Of a DNA stretch of 64,000 nt, positions 1-9,549 are shown piece by piece (position 1 is the stretch's first letter; the number at the start of each line of letters is the position of its first letter). The notes beneath the pieces are model-generated. The model worked only from the letters and a program-made list of their open reading frames with translations. It made no database searches and was not told the DNA's origin. The stretch comes from an uncultured Verrucomicrobiae bacterium (lineage in GTDB: Bacteria > Verrucomicrobiota > Verrucomicrobiia > Chthoniobacterales > Terrimicrobiaceae). Where the stretch lies: the NCBI GenBank assembly GCA_963706955.1, contig CAVPOC010000007.1, forward strand, positions 42,261 through 106,260. Reading direction: 5' to 3'. A program made the position numbers and the translations under genes.

Positions 1-47
1 AGGAGCGGCTGGCCGCATCCGCAAGCTCCAATGCCTTCACACCATCC

Positions 48-956
48 TCAATGGTGATTGGGACAGGTCCACTCTCGTCGCACCGCGCCGAAGAATTGCG
101 CCATCTCAGTGGCGTAGGCGGCGCTATAACGCTCGAGGAAGAACGCCTCCGGCACATCGGTGCTTACCGCTTTGCTCGTATAGGAGGCTACCTCGGTAGG
201 TCGCACATTGCCGGCCTGAAGCATCCCCTTGCTTCCAAGGACTTCGAAACGCTGATCGTATCCATAGACTGCGCGCCGGCTCGTGTTTATTTGGCAGAGT
301 TTGCCGCTGCGGGTCCGGATGGAGACGACGCTGGAGTCGATGTCTCCGGCTTCAGCGATCGCTGGATCGGTCAGACAACTGCCGGTGGCATAGACCGTCT
401 CGGCATCCTCGCCGAGAATGAATCGAAACATGTCAAAGTCGTGGATGAGCATGTCCTTGAATATGCCCCCCGAGCCTTTGATGTAAGAAACCGGCGGTGC
501 TCCCGGGTCGCGACTCGTGATGATGAGCATCTCCGGTTCGCCGATCTCGCCGGAGTCCAGCCGCTTTTTGAGGGCGGCAAAGGTCGGGTCGAAACGGCGG
601 TTAAATCCGATCATACAGGTGACACCCGCCTTCGCGACAGACTCGGCACACCTACGAGCCCGATCCAGATCGAGATCTACGGGCTTCTCGCAGAAAATCG
701 CCTTGCCGGCCGCCGCCGACCGCATGATAAGATCCGCGTGTGTCTCGGTAATGGAAGCAATGACCACTGCCTTGACAGAGGAGTCTCCCAGGACCGTTTC
801 GCTAACGGCAGCTTGGGCCCCGTATTGCCTGGCGAGTTCAGCAGTCGCGTCAGGCGAAATATCAACCACGTATTTAAGTGACATCCCAGGCTGCCGAGCG
901 AGGTTGGCAGCATGAATCTTTCCGATTCGACCAGCTCCAAATAATGCAACGTTCAT
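48..956 (-). CDS. Gfo/Idh/MocA-family oxidoreductase, inositol 2-dehydrogenase (IolG)-like. The 3' end is disrupted by an apparent 1-nt deletion near 77-80, and the conserved C-terminus continues in another frame to the window edge.
   Basis: ORF 48..1001. The ATG at 956 gives the Rossmann start MNVALFGAGRIGKIH. FCEKPV and GFNRRFDP motifs are present. It is a paralog of 18794..19789. Beyond the stop at 48, a shifted minus-strand frame reads ESGPVPITIEDGVKALELADAASRS, the usual C-terminal helix of this family. Confidence 0.8.
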   Translation of the reverse strand: MNVALFGAGRIGKIHAANLARQPGMSLKYVVDISPDATAELARQYGAQAAVSETVLGDSSVKAVVIASITETHADLIMRSAAAGKAIFCEKPVDLDLDRARRCAESVAKAGVTCMIGFNRRFDPTFAALKKRLDSGEIGEPEMLIITSRDPGAPPVSYIKGSGGIFKDMLIHDFDMFRFILGEDAETVYATGSCLTDPAIAEAGDIDSSVVSIRTRSGKLCQINTSRRAVYGYDQRFEVLGSKGMLQAGNVRPTEVASYTSKAVSTDVPEAFFLERYSAAYATEMAQFFGAVRREWTCPNHH

Positions 957-1073
957 AAAAGGCAAGATAGCTAACGAATGAATTGTTCGAGAGGCATTCA
1001 ATCCGAATGGTAAGGGGCCAAGTTGGTAATTCGATATTCGGTTGAGCGTCTCGTGACTTAGAAATTCCAGCTC

Positions 1074-4019
1074 TTAGAGTAAGGCATCATAGAGAATTTC
1101 TGCGGGATGGTGCGCGATGCGTCCAGTGCCATCCTTGATCTGATGGCGGCAACTGGTGCCCGGCGCAGCGATGATCGTTTCGGCTGGAGCGGAGCGCACG
1201 CTAGGCAGCAGCACCAACTCTCCCACTTTCATTGACACGTCAAAATGCTCCTTTTCATATCCAAAGGATCCCGCCATCCCGCAGCAGCCGGAGGGGATAA
1301 TTTGAACCTTGTAATCGACTGGCAATTCCAGAGCCTTGACCGTCGGGGTGAGGGACGCCAACGACTTCTGGTGGCAGTGGCCGTGCAGTTTGATATGCCG
1401 GGGCTTCTGAGTGAACGCTTCGCGACGGATGCGACCTGCATCCGCCTCGCGGGAGATGAATTCATCGATCAAGAGGGCGTTGGCCCCCAGAGCCTTGGCG
1501 GCGTCGACCAGACGCTCCGGAACAAGATCGGGAAACTCATCCCGAAATCCGAGAATCGCCGAGGGCTCGATCCCGACAAGGGGCGTTTGTGAGCTGACGA
1601 CATCTTTGAGGAGCTCAACATTGCGGGTGGCCAGCTTCGCTGCGTCCCGCAGCAGACCTTTCGAGATTTGCGCTCGCCCACTATCCACGTGCCGAGGGAT
1701 GATCACCTCGTAACCCAGACGATTGAGTAACTGAACGGTCTTGATACCGACATCGGCATCGTTGAAATTAGTGAATTCGTCGCAGAAGAGAAGGACGCGT
1801 CCATTAGCAAAGGAACCGTTCTTGTTCGCATGGAGACGATGCCAGCGACGTAAAGGCGTTTTGTTGAGCTTCGGAATCGAACGGCCGGTGGCGAAACCGG
1901 CAAACCTCTTGAAGAGCTGGGATGTCACCGCGTTGGTCACCACAAAGTTGAATAAACCAGGCGCCAGCGAGGCCAGGGACATCGCCTTGGAAAATCCGCC
2001 GATGAGCCGCGCCCGCAGCGGAATTCCTCGAGCATCGTAGCGTTGCTGCAGCCACTCGGCCTTGAGCCGTGCGACGTCAACGTTCGACGGGCACTCCGCC
2101 TTGCACCCCTTGCAGGAGAGACAGAGATCCATCACCGGAGCGATCTCGTCGCTGTCGAAGGGATTTGCTTTCGTGGAATTCGTAAGGACTTCGCGCAAAA
2201 TGTTTGCGCGTGCGCGCGTGGTGTCACGCTCGTTCCGTGTGGCCATATAGCTCGGGCACATCGTGCCGCCCATGAGATGGGACTTGCGGCAGTCGCCGGA
2301 ACCGTTGCATTGCTCCGCCGCTCTCAAAATGCCACGAGCCTCTGAGAACCTCAGGATGGTCTTGAATTCACGGACCGGCTGGTTGGGCTTGTAGCGCAAG
2401 CTTGCATCCATCGGGGGCGTGTCCGTGATCTTGCCCGGATTGAAGATCCCCGCCGAGTCCCACGTCTGCTTGATCGCACGAAAGAGCGCGTAGTTCTTTT
2501 CTCCGACCATCATCGGAAGAAACTCGCCTCGCAGGCGACCGTCGCCATGCTCACCACTCAGCGATCCCCCGAACCGCTTGGTGAGTTGCGCGATCTCCGT
2601 GCCGACGATTCGGAAGAGCTTCTGATGCTCTTGAAGCTTCAGATTCAAGATCGGGCGGAGGTGCAGTTCGCCGGAGGCGGCGTGACCGTAATGCACGGCC
2701 GAGAGACCATAACGGGCCAAAATCTCGTCGAACTCGCGCACATAGGCTGGCATGTCCTCCGGATCGATAGCCGTATCTTCGATCACCGCGACCGGCTTGG
2801 CATCGCCAGGGATGTTGGCGAGCAACCCAAGCGCCGCCTTTCGCAGGTTCCAGACACGATTGACATCCGAACCCCAGACAACCGGATAGTGGTATCCCAG
2901 CCCAGCAGCGCGCAATTCGCTCTCGACCTGCGCCGCGACCGCGCCGACCTCCTCGCGTGTGCCGGCGGCCAATTCAACAGCGAGAATGGCGCCCGGGTCG
3001 CCCTGCACGAAAAAGCGATTCTTGCTTTGCTCGAGGTTCGTCTTAGTGCACTCGAGAATATTGTCATCCATTAGCTCGCAGGCGCGCGGCGCGTGACGCA
3101 ACGCCACCAGATTTGCGCGAAGGGCCTCGTCGATGTTGGTGCAGTGAACGCAAACGAGGGCCGATTCACGCGGTGGCAATGGCTCGCAAGTCAAAGTGAT
3201 CTCAGTCAAGAAAGCGAGCGTCCCCTCTGACCCTGCAAGCAAACGGCAAAAGTTGAACAGCGGACCGTCCGCGGTCAAAGGGGCGCAATCCGACAGCAGG
3301 TCGATGGCATAGCCGGTATTGCGGCGGTGAATTGATCTTTTCGGAAACTGGCGGTTGATCTCGGCGCGATTTTCGGGATCGCCGAGTAGCCGTTTTGTCT
3401 CGCGATAAATTGCGGCTTCCAGAGTATCGCCTGCGCACTTGCCTTCAAATTCATTGGAGGAAAGTGGTCCGAACTCCGCGATCGAGCCATCGCTTAAGAC
3501 CGCTCGGGCCGAGGTGACATGCTCGCGTGTGCTGCCATAAACCACCGAATTCGCGCCGCAAGCATTGTTTCCAACCATGCCTCCGATCATGCAGCGATTT
3601 TGTGTCGAAGTCTCGGGAGCGAAGAAAATCCCATGGGGGACGAGCGCAAGATTCAGCTCGTTTCGAACCACGCCAGGTTGGACGCGCACGCGGCCACGCT
3701 TGGCATCAATCTCGATGATGGCGTTAAAATGACGTGACACATCGACGACAATCCCGCGACCGACGACCTGCCCGGCCAGGGAAGTTCCGGCCGTCCGTGG
3801 GATCAGCGAAGTATGATGGGTGCGGGCAAAGGAGACGAGTTTGCGGATGTCTTGCTCGTTCTTGGGAAAGGCGACCGCCTGCGGAATCTCCCGATAGACC
3901 GACGCATCCGTGGCGTAAAGTTTTCGCGACATCGCATCGAAATGGAGCGAACCGTCAAGTTCAGCGCTTAATCGCCGGAGGTCGGAAGTGTTGTCGGAAC
4001 TCACATTGCTTCCTGCCAA
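1074..4019 (-). CDS. FAD-linked oxidase fused to 4Fe-4S and CCG cysteine-rich domains; YdiJ-type D-2-hydroxyacid dehydrogenase-like
   Basis: 981-aa ORF. It has an N-terminal FAD-binding segment (LIPRTAGTSLAGQVVG), a ferredoxin-type motif CLSCKGCKAECP, and a C-terminal Cys-rich segment IPSGCCGMAGSFGY. Size and domain order match E. coli YdiJ-like fusions. Confidence 0.85.
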   Translation of the reverse strand: MAGSNVSSDNTSDLRRLSAELDGSLHFDAMSRKLYATDASVYREIPQAVAFPKNEQDIRKLVSFARTHHTSLIPRTAGTSLAGQVVGRGIVVDVSRHFNAIIEIDAKRGRVRVQPGVVRNELNLALVPHGIFFAPETSTQNRCMIGGMVGNNACGANSVVYGSTREHVTSARAVLSDGSIAEFGPLSSNEFEGKCAGDTLEAAIYRETKRLLGDPENRAEINRQFPKRSIHRRNTGYAIDLLSDCAPLTADGPLFNFCRLLAGSEGTLAFLTEITLTCEPLPPRESALVCVHCTNIDEALRANLVALRHAPRACELMDDNILECTKTNLEQSKNRFFVQGDPGAILAVELAAGTREEVGAVAAQVESELRAAGLGYHYPVVWGSDVNRVWNLRKAALGLLANIPGDAKPVAVIEDTAIDPEDMPAYVREFDEILARYGLSAVHYGHAASGELHLRPILNLKLQEHQKLFRIVGTEIAQLTKRFGGSLSGEHGDGRLRGEFLPMMVGEKNYALFRAIKQTWDSAGIFNPGKITDTPPMDASLRYKPNQPVREFKTILRFSEARGILRAAEQCNGSGDCRKSHLMGGTMCPSYMATRNERDTTRARANILREVLTNSTKANPFDSDEIAPVMDLCLSCKGCKAECPSNVDVARLKAEWLQQRYDARGIPLRARLIGGFSKAMSLASLAPGLFNFVVTNAVTSQLFKRFAGFATGRSIPKLNKTPLRRWHRLHANKNGSFANGRVLLFCDEFTNFNDADVGIKTVQLLNRLGYEVIIPRHVDSGRAQISKGLLRDAAKLATRNVELLKDVVSSQTPLVGIEPSAILGFRDEFPDLVPERLVDAAKALGANALLIDEFISREADAGRIRREAFTQKPRHIKLHGHCHQKSLASLTPTVKALELPVDYKVQIIPSGCCGMAGSFGYEKEHFDVSMKVGELVLLPSVRSAPAETIIAAPGTSCRHQIKDGTGRIAHHPAEILYDALL

Positions 4020-4105
4020 AGTTTCCCTAGCGGCGTAGATCCTCGCTCATGCGGTTCTCAGAAAGCGGTGCCGGAGTTCCGCGCTCTCGTGAACAGAACG
4101 ATCGC

Positions 4106-5116
4106 TCATTGGATTTCAGAAATCTTGACCGGTCGTCTTTCCTTCCAGCTCGTGGTCACCGCGATCGCCAGACGCAAAGTTTCCAGGGCGTCTTCAGGGC
4201 CCGGCGACGGTTTCTTACCCTCCTGCAGAGCCTTGAAGAAGCTTTGCAGCTGAAGTTGGTAGGCCTTTTCGAATCGATCCGGAAAGTTCTCGAAATGATC
4301 GAACGTGGATGAGAATTCGCGGGCGAAGAGCAGGGGAGTCTTTTGAGGTGCCTCGATGACGACCTTGCCAATTGCGCCCGCGACCTCCGTCCGGATATCA
4401 TAGCCCCAATTCGAGTGACGGGATGTTTCCGCGACCCCTAAGACCCCGTTCTGAAAACGCAAGAGAGTCGTCGCCGTATCAACGTCGCCGGCCTGGGAAA
4501 AGCGTTCATCGATCAAGACCGCTCCCCAAGCCTGAACTTCCTCTACTTCGCCGACCAAAAAGCGCGCAAGATCAAGATCATGCACCGCCATGTCGAGGAA
4601 CAAGCCACCGCTAGATTTTAGGAAGTTGAGGCTAGGCGGATAGGTGTCGCGGCTTAGCGCGCGGAAGGTTTCCAGCTTTCCTAATTCGCCTGCGTCGATA
4701 CGTGCCTTGGCCTTGGCATAGCCCGGATCAAACCTTCTCATAAATCCGATCTGGACCAAAGCTCCTCGTTGCTGTGCCAGCCGAACCACGCGGTCGGTCT
4801 CGGCAAGGTCAAGCGCAATTGGCTTCTCGCTGAAAATCGCCTTGCCCGCGTTGACGGCCAACTCGATGAGGCGCGCATGCGTCTCGGTGGGTGTGACGAT
4901 GACGACAGCATCGACGCCAGGATGCGTAATCGCCTTCTCGATATCGGTGAGGGCGACTTCGGCATTCGAAATGCCCTTCCCGCGCTCAGCCGCATCCCTG
5001 TTCGGATCGGCAACGGCGACCACCCGCACGCCGCTTAACCCCACCAGATTTCGGAGATGAGTTTCGCCCATCCGGCCCACGCCCAGAAAGGCGACGCCGA
5101 TCGTTCCTGCTGCCAT
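4106..5116 (-). CDS. Gfo/Idh/MocA-family NAD(P)-dependent oxidoreductase
   Basis: 336-aa ORF with N-terminal IGVAFLGVGRMGETH Rossmann motif, FSEKPI and GFMRRFDP motifs. Confidence 0.85.
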   Translation of the reverse strand: MAAGTIGVAFLGVGRMGETHLRNLVGLSGVRVVAVADPNRDAAERGKGISNAEVALTDIEKAITHPGVDAVVIVTPTETHARLIELAVNAGKAIFSEKPIALDLAETDRVVRLAQQRGALVQIGFMRRFDPGYAKAKARIDAGELGKLETFRALSRDTYPPSLNFLKSSGGLFLDMAVHDLDLARFLVGEVEEVQAWGAVLIDERFSQAGDVDTATTLLRFQNGVLGVAETSRHSNWGYDIRTEVAGAIGKVVIEAPQKTPLLFAREFSSTFDHFENFPDRFEKAYQLQLQSFFKALQEGKKPSPGPEDALETLRLAIAVTTSWKERRPVKISEIQ

Positions 5117-5122
5117 AGGGCT

Positions 5123-6046
5123 CTATTTAATGAGTGATTTAACCCGCTCGCTTAGGCGAGGCGGAGACATCTTAAACAGATCAAGCAGATAGTCATTTGG
5201 GGCCGACTCGCCCCAGCGATCCTCGATGCCGAAGCGAACGACTTTTCGGGGCGAAGCTTCGGACAGAATTTCAGCAACCAAACCACCCAACCCGCCGTAG
5301 ATCGTGTGTTCTTCAACCGTAATGACCAACTTGGCCTTCTCGGACGCGCTGACGACTTCCTCCTTGTTTATCGGTTTGATCGAGGGCAAATGCAGCACGC
5401 CCGCCGAAATACCGTCAGCTTCGAGGAGCTTGGCGGCCTCGACGCAACGCAGACTTTGCGGTCCGGTCGAAATCAACAACACGTCGCTGCCCTCCCGCAA
5501 GGAAATCGTCTTCCCCGGCACGAAGCTATACGACTCATCGAAGAAATTTGGCGATGCGTCGCGCGCCAGGCGCAAGTAGACCGGGCCCTGGAAGTCAGTG
5601 GCCCAGCGAATGATCGCTTCCCCCTCGATAGCGTCGGCCGGCGCGAGGACGGTCATATCCGGCATCGCGCGCATGATGGCGAGATCTTGAACGTCTTGGT
5701 GCGTCTTGCCGGTCAAGCCGGTCAGAATCCCTGAATAGGCGGCGCCGATCTTAACATTCGCACGGGTCTGTGCGACCAGCATGCGGATCGGATCGATTGC
5801 CCGATGCGTGAAGAAGACCGTGAAGGTGGAAAGCCAGGGCACAAACCCTAGCGATGCCAATCCAACGGCCACGCCGACAAAGTTCTGCTCGGCAATTCCC
5901 ATTTGCAAAAACCTGTCCGGATAAGCGATCGCGAATTTATCCGCCTTCGTGGAATTGGCCAAATCGGCGTCCAGGACGAGGACATTGGGATTTGTCCAAC
6001 CGAGAGCGACCAGCGTATCTCCAAAAACATCTCGTAGGGCTTTCAT
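5123..6046 (-). CDS. Transketolase, C-terminal (pyrimidine-binding plus C-terminal domain) subunit of a split transketolase
   Basis: 307-aa ORF with FLQMGIAEQNFVGVAVGLA and GKTHQDVQD motifs. Its start overlaps the stop of the upstream N-terminal subunit (ATGA overlap at 6043-6046). Confidence 0.9.
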   Translation of the reverse strand: MKALRDVFGDTLVALGWTNPNVLVLDADLANSTKADKFAIAYPDRFLQMGIAEQNFVGVAVGLASLGFVPWLSTFTVFFTHRAIDPIRMLVAQTRANVKIGAAYSGILTGLTGKTHQDVQDLAIMRAMPDMTVLAPADAIEGEAIIRWATDFQGPVYLRLARDASPNFFDESYSFVPGKTISLREGSDVLLISTGPQSLRCVEAAKLLEADGISAGVLHLPSIKPINKEEVVSASEKAKLVITVEEHTIYGGLGGLVAEILSEASPRKVVRFGIEDRWGESAPNDYLLDLFKMSPPRLSERVKSLIK

Positions 6047-6921
6047 GCTATTGTCTCCTCGATGCCAAGCTCCTTGGCAATGATTCTCAGTTCATCTTTG
6101 GTGGCAACTTTCGAGTGCCATTCGTGCTTTCCTTCCGTGAAATGCACTCCCTTTCCTTTGACAGTATGCGCGATGATCATCGTCGGCTGATCGGATTCTC
6201 CGGACGCTTTCACGCTTTGTAAGGCGGGGACGACTTGCGAGAAATCATGGCCGTTAATCTCGATACATCGCCAGCCGAGTTTTTCGAAGATCCCTCGCAG
6301 ATCAACTCCTCCCCACGGATCGCGACGATCACCGCGGTGCTGCTCGTTCACCGCGAGCACCCAGCCAAATTGCTGCAAGCCGTTCCAATCAAGAATCGCG
6401 GTGAGATTTCCCAGCTTATAACGCGGTGCAATGTGCAAAGCTTCCCAGACCATCCCCTCCTGAAGTTCACCGTCACCGAGGACAACAAACGTGTGGAACT
6501 TCTTACCGCGCAATCGTGCGCCCAAGGCAAAACCCAGGCCAACCGAAAGCCCCTGGCCAAGCGAACCGGTTGAAGTATCGATGCCAGGCAGCTTGGTAAC
6601 ATCGGGATGCCCTTGCAAACGCGAGTTTCCTTTGTCGAAAGTTTTTAACTCCTCGATGGGAAGATATCCCCGCAAAGCCATCACCGCATACTGGCCAATG
6701 GATGAGTGGCCCTTGGAAAGAATGAAGCGGTCGCGATCCTCCCATCCGGGGTCTTCCGGCTTGACGTCCATGACGCGAAAGTAGAGCGCGACCAAGAGAT
6801 CCATCGCCGAGAATGGGCCTCCGACGTGGCCTGCACCGCTACCCGCCACCGTGCTGATCGCCAGCCAGCGGCCCTTTCGAGCCAGCGCCTCAAGCTCCTT
6901 GTAATCTGAATTGTTGCTCAT
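6043..6921 (-). CDS. Transketolase, N-terminal (ThDP/PP-binding) subunit of a split transketolase
   Basis: 292-aa ORF with SGAGHVGGPFSAMDLLVALYF, LSKGHSS and the VLGDGELQEG ThDP-binding motif. Confidence 0.9.
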   Translation of the reverse strand: MSNNSDYKELEALARKGRWLAISTVAGSGAGHVGGPFSAMDLLVALYFRVMDVKPEDPGWEDRDRFILSKGHSSIGQYAVMALRGYLPIEELKTFDKGNSRLQGHPDVTKLPGIDTSTGSLGQGLSVGLGFALGARLRGKKFHTFVVLGDGELQEGMVWEALHIAPRYKLGNLTAILDWNGLQQFGWVLAVNEQHRGDRRDPWGGVDLRGIFEKLGWRCIEINGHDFSQVVPALQSVKASGESDQPTMIIAHTVKGKGVHFTEGKHEWHSKVATKDELRIIAKELGIEETIA

Positions 6922-6960
6922 ATGTCTTAGGTTAGCCTAGTTGTTCTAAGGTTCGTTGAC

Positions 6961-8130
6961 TTAGCGTTTCGTAGAGGTCCACTGGCCGGAACGCGCCGAC
7001 TGGTCCATCGCCTCGATGATTTCCTGATTTCTTGCTCCGAAGGAGAAATCCGGAAAGCAACCCGCGTTTGATCCAACTCCCTGGACGAGGTCGTGGACTT
7101 CGAAGACTTTCATATCAAAATAACCAAGCCCACCGCCGGCGAAATCGAAACCAAAGAAGGCCGAATACTGTGGAACTTGCGAACCGCAATAGATTGTTTT
7201 GAAACCGCGATCGCGTTTTTCCTCGCCCATGCGGAAAACTTGCAGCTCGTTGAACCGCTCTCCGTTGTTATAGATTGTCCCCTCCGTCCCGCAGACCTCC
7301 CAGAAGACGCCGAAAACCCGTCCGGCACAGACGCGCGAAGCTTCGATGACTCCAGCGGCTCCTGATTCAAACTTAACCAGAGACTGGATCTGATCCTCAT
7401 TTTCGACGACGCGTTTTTTAGCATCCGCGGTGATCTTGCTCCCGTAACCGGCATCAAAATCCGGCACCGGACGTTCCTTGAAGATGGTTTGGGTGGAAGC
7501 GGAGACCTCGGTGATGTCTCCCATAAGGAATTGGGCCACCGAGACGGTGTGCGCACCAAGATCGCCCAACGCTCCACTTCCGGCCAACTCTCTCGAGCAG
7601 CGCCATGACCAGGGCAGCAACGGATCGTTGAAAAACCCCTGATCGAACCTTCCGCGAAACCTGATCGGCTCCCCAATTTCGCCTCTGTCGATAATCTGTT
7701 TGGCGACGAGCGCCGCGGGCGTTTTCAGGTTGTTGAAGGCGACCAGGGTATGCACGCCGGCTTTCTTTGCCGCAGAAGCCATTTGCTGGGCGTCCTCGAC
7801 TTTCACGGCCATCGGTTTCTCGCAATAGACATGCTTGCCCGCTTCCATGGCGACCAGCGCCGGCTCGACGTGTAAATTGTTCGGAGTGGTGATATCGATC
7901 ACGTGGACGTTTGGATCTTCAATCATGCGCCTCCAATCGCCGTAGGCCTTTTCAAAGCCCAAGCGACGGCGCGATTGCTCGGCCAACGTGTCGTTCTGAT
8001 CCGCAACTGCATACAAGACCGGTGTGCAAGGCAGGTTGCGATAGAGAATGCCCGCCCTTCGATAAGCATCTGCATGCGCCTGCCCCATAAACCCGGACCC
8101 AATCAGTCCAATGTTTAGTGTCTTTGACAT
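6961..8130 (-). CDS. Gfo/Idh/MocA-family oxidoreductase (long form, 389 aa)
   Basis: N-terminal IGLIGSGFMGQAHADAY and YCEKPM motifs, with a C-terminal alpha/beta oligomerisation domain. Confidence 0.85.
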   Translation of the reverse strand: MSKTLNIGLIGSGFMGQAHADAYRRAGILYRNLPCTPVLYAVADQNDTLAEQSRRRLGFEKAYGDWRRMIEDPNVHVIDITTPNNLHVEPALVAMEAGKHVYCEKPMAVKVEDAQQMASAAKKAGVHTLVAFNNLKTPAALVAKQIIDRGEIGEPIRFRGRFDQGFFNDPLLPWSWRCSRELAGSGALGDLGAHTVSVAQFLMGDITEVSASTQTIFKERPVPDFDAGYGSKITADAKKRVVENEDQIQSLVKFESGAAGVIEASRVCAGRVFGVFWEVCGTEGTIYNNGERFNELQVFRMGEEKRDRGFKTIYCGSQVPQYSAFFGFDFAGGGLGYFDMKVFEVHDLVQGVGSNAGCFPDFSFGARNQEIIEAMDQSARSGQWTSTKR

Positions 8131-8148
8131 AGATTTTTTCGCCGGCGG

Positions 8149-9063
8149 TTAAAAGATCAGGTCCTTCGCAAAACGATACGCTTTTTCCGCATAAACCTTC
8201 GGGGTCGCCTTGGCCGGGTCTTGTTCCGCTTCAACGATCACCCAGCCACGATAGCCCGAGTTCCGGACAAACTTTCCCAATTCGGAGAAGTCCACATCAC
8301 CATCGCCGGGGACAGTGAAATATCCCTCCCTGACTCCGGCGTTGAAGCTGGCATCACTTTCTAGAATTCGCTTGAGGACAGCTCGACGGACGTCTTTGAG
8401 GTGAATGTGCACGATGCGGCTGCCAAATCGCCGAATAATTTCAGCGTAGTCCGCGCCCGCCGCGGTCGCATGGCCGGTGTCGAGCAGCAAGCCAACCGAA
8501 TCCTTGGTGGCGTCGCAGAAAGCTGCAATTTCGTCGGCCTTCTCCACCAGCATCATCAAGTGGTGGTGATAAGCAAAAACGAGTCCCTCTTCTTTCAGGC
8601 GCTCGGAGAAAACCTCCACCTTCCTCGCGTAGGCCGGAAGATCGATCGATTTTAGCTCGGGACTCTGGCTCAACGGCAGGTTAAGGTCAGCGTTGCCCGG
8701 CATCTTGCCACATTCTCCATAGACGAGGATGCTCGTTCCACATCCCTTGAGTAAGGCAATATGATCTGCGGCCGCCTTCCATTCTTCTTCCAATGACCGG
8801 TCCGCAAGGAATCCCGAATACCATCCAGCGGCCAAGACAAGGCCATATTCTGAGAGCTTCGCTCGCAACACCGCGGGATCTTTGGGAAACTTCCGCCCAA
8901 GCTCCACTCCTTTGTAGCCGATTTCCGATGCTTCGCGCAGACATTGCTCCAGTGGAATCTCGTCACCGAGATCGTGGAGCACATCGTTGGTCCAACTCAG
9001 CGGACTGATTCCCAACCGAACGCCATCGAGAGATTTGTTCGAAGTTTCCGTCTTACTATTCAT
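8149..9063 (-). CDS. iolE: myo-inosose-2 dehydratase (IolE)-like xylose-isomerase-fold TIM-barrel protein
   Basis: 304-aa ORF. LGISPLSWTNDVLHDLGDE, AYHHHLM, DTGHA, VHIHLKDVR, FTVPGDGDVDF and GWVIVEAEQDP line up with the conserved blocks of Bacillus subtilis IolE as I recall them. Confidence 0.8.
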   Translation of the reverse strand: MNSKTETSNKSLDGVRLGISPLSWTNDVLHDLGDEIPLEQCLREASEIGYKGVELGRKFPKDPAVLRAKLSEYGLVLAAGWYSGFLADRSLEEEWKAAADHIALLKGCGTSILVYGECGKMPGNADLNLPLSQSPELKSIDLPAYARKVEVFSERLKEEGLVFAYHHHLMMLVEKADEIAAFCDATKDSVGLLLDTGHATAAGADYAEIIRRFGSRIVHIHLKDVRRAVLKRILESDASFNAGVREGYFTVPGDGDVDFSELGKFVRNSGYRGWVIVEAEQDPAKATPKVYAEKAYRFAKDLIF

Positions 9064-9549
9064 AAAACAACTCTGTGGCGGTGCGTCTCCGTTGAGACAA
9101 CTGGGGAACCGCTGGAGATTAGCCGCAGACGATGAGCTATTCGCTCACAAGCAACGGCGTGCTTCTCTTTTGCCAGTATTTCAGGCAACGAAGCAACCCA
9201 TTTTCGGGCGCCGGACTCGGTTCTGGGTCAAAATCTCCGGGATCGTGTCAATCATTCATTCGTAAGCAATCCGTAAGTCGGCCGTCAAGGAAAGAATCCC
9301 AGATATTTCTGGCGGCACCAGCTGGAGGCGCAATCTGCCGCCTCGGTTCCCCATGGATCGCCGAGCGATTTATTCTATAGTAAGTATTTATGGTTAATTC
9401 ATATGCGTATATACTACCGTTCTGCGTCGCGCCGCGGGCAATTTGAGATTGCTTTCTGCGATTTTCTCCTTGATCTTGCCTGAACGATTCGCAACTCTGC
9501 GCTTTCGCTTGAAAGCGAGCGTGCGATTTTCCCCGAGAGACCAGCAGTT

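Noticed and set aside
51-881. 276-aa ORF on the plus strand
   Set aside because: It is antisense to the IolG-like gene, has low-complexity Arg/Gly-rich composition and no motifs. It is a shadow ORF.
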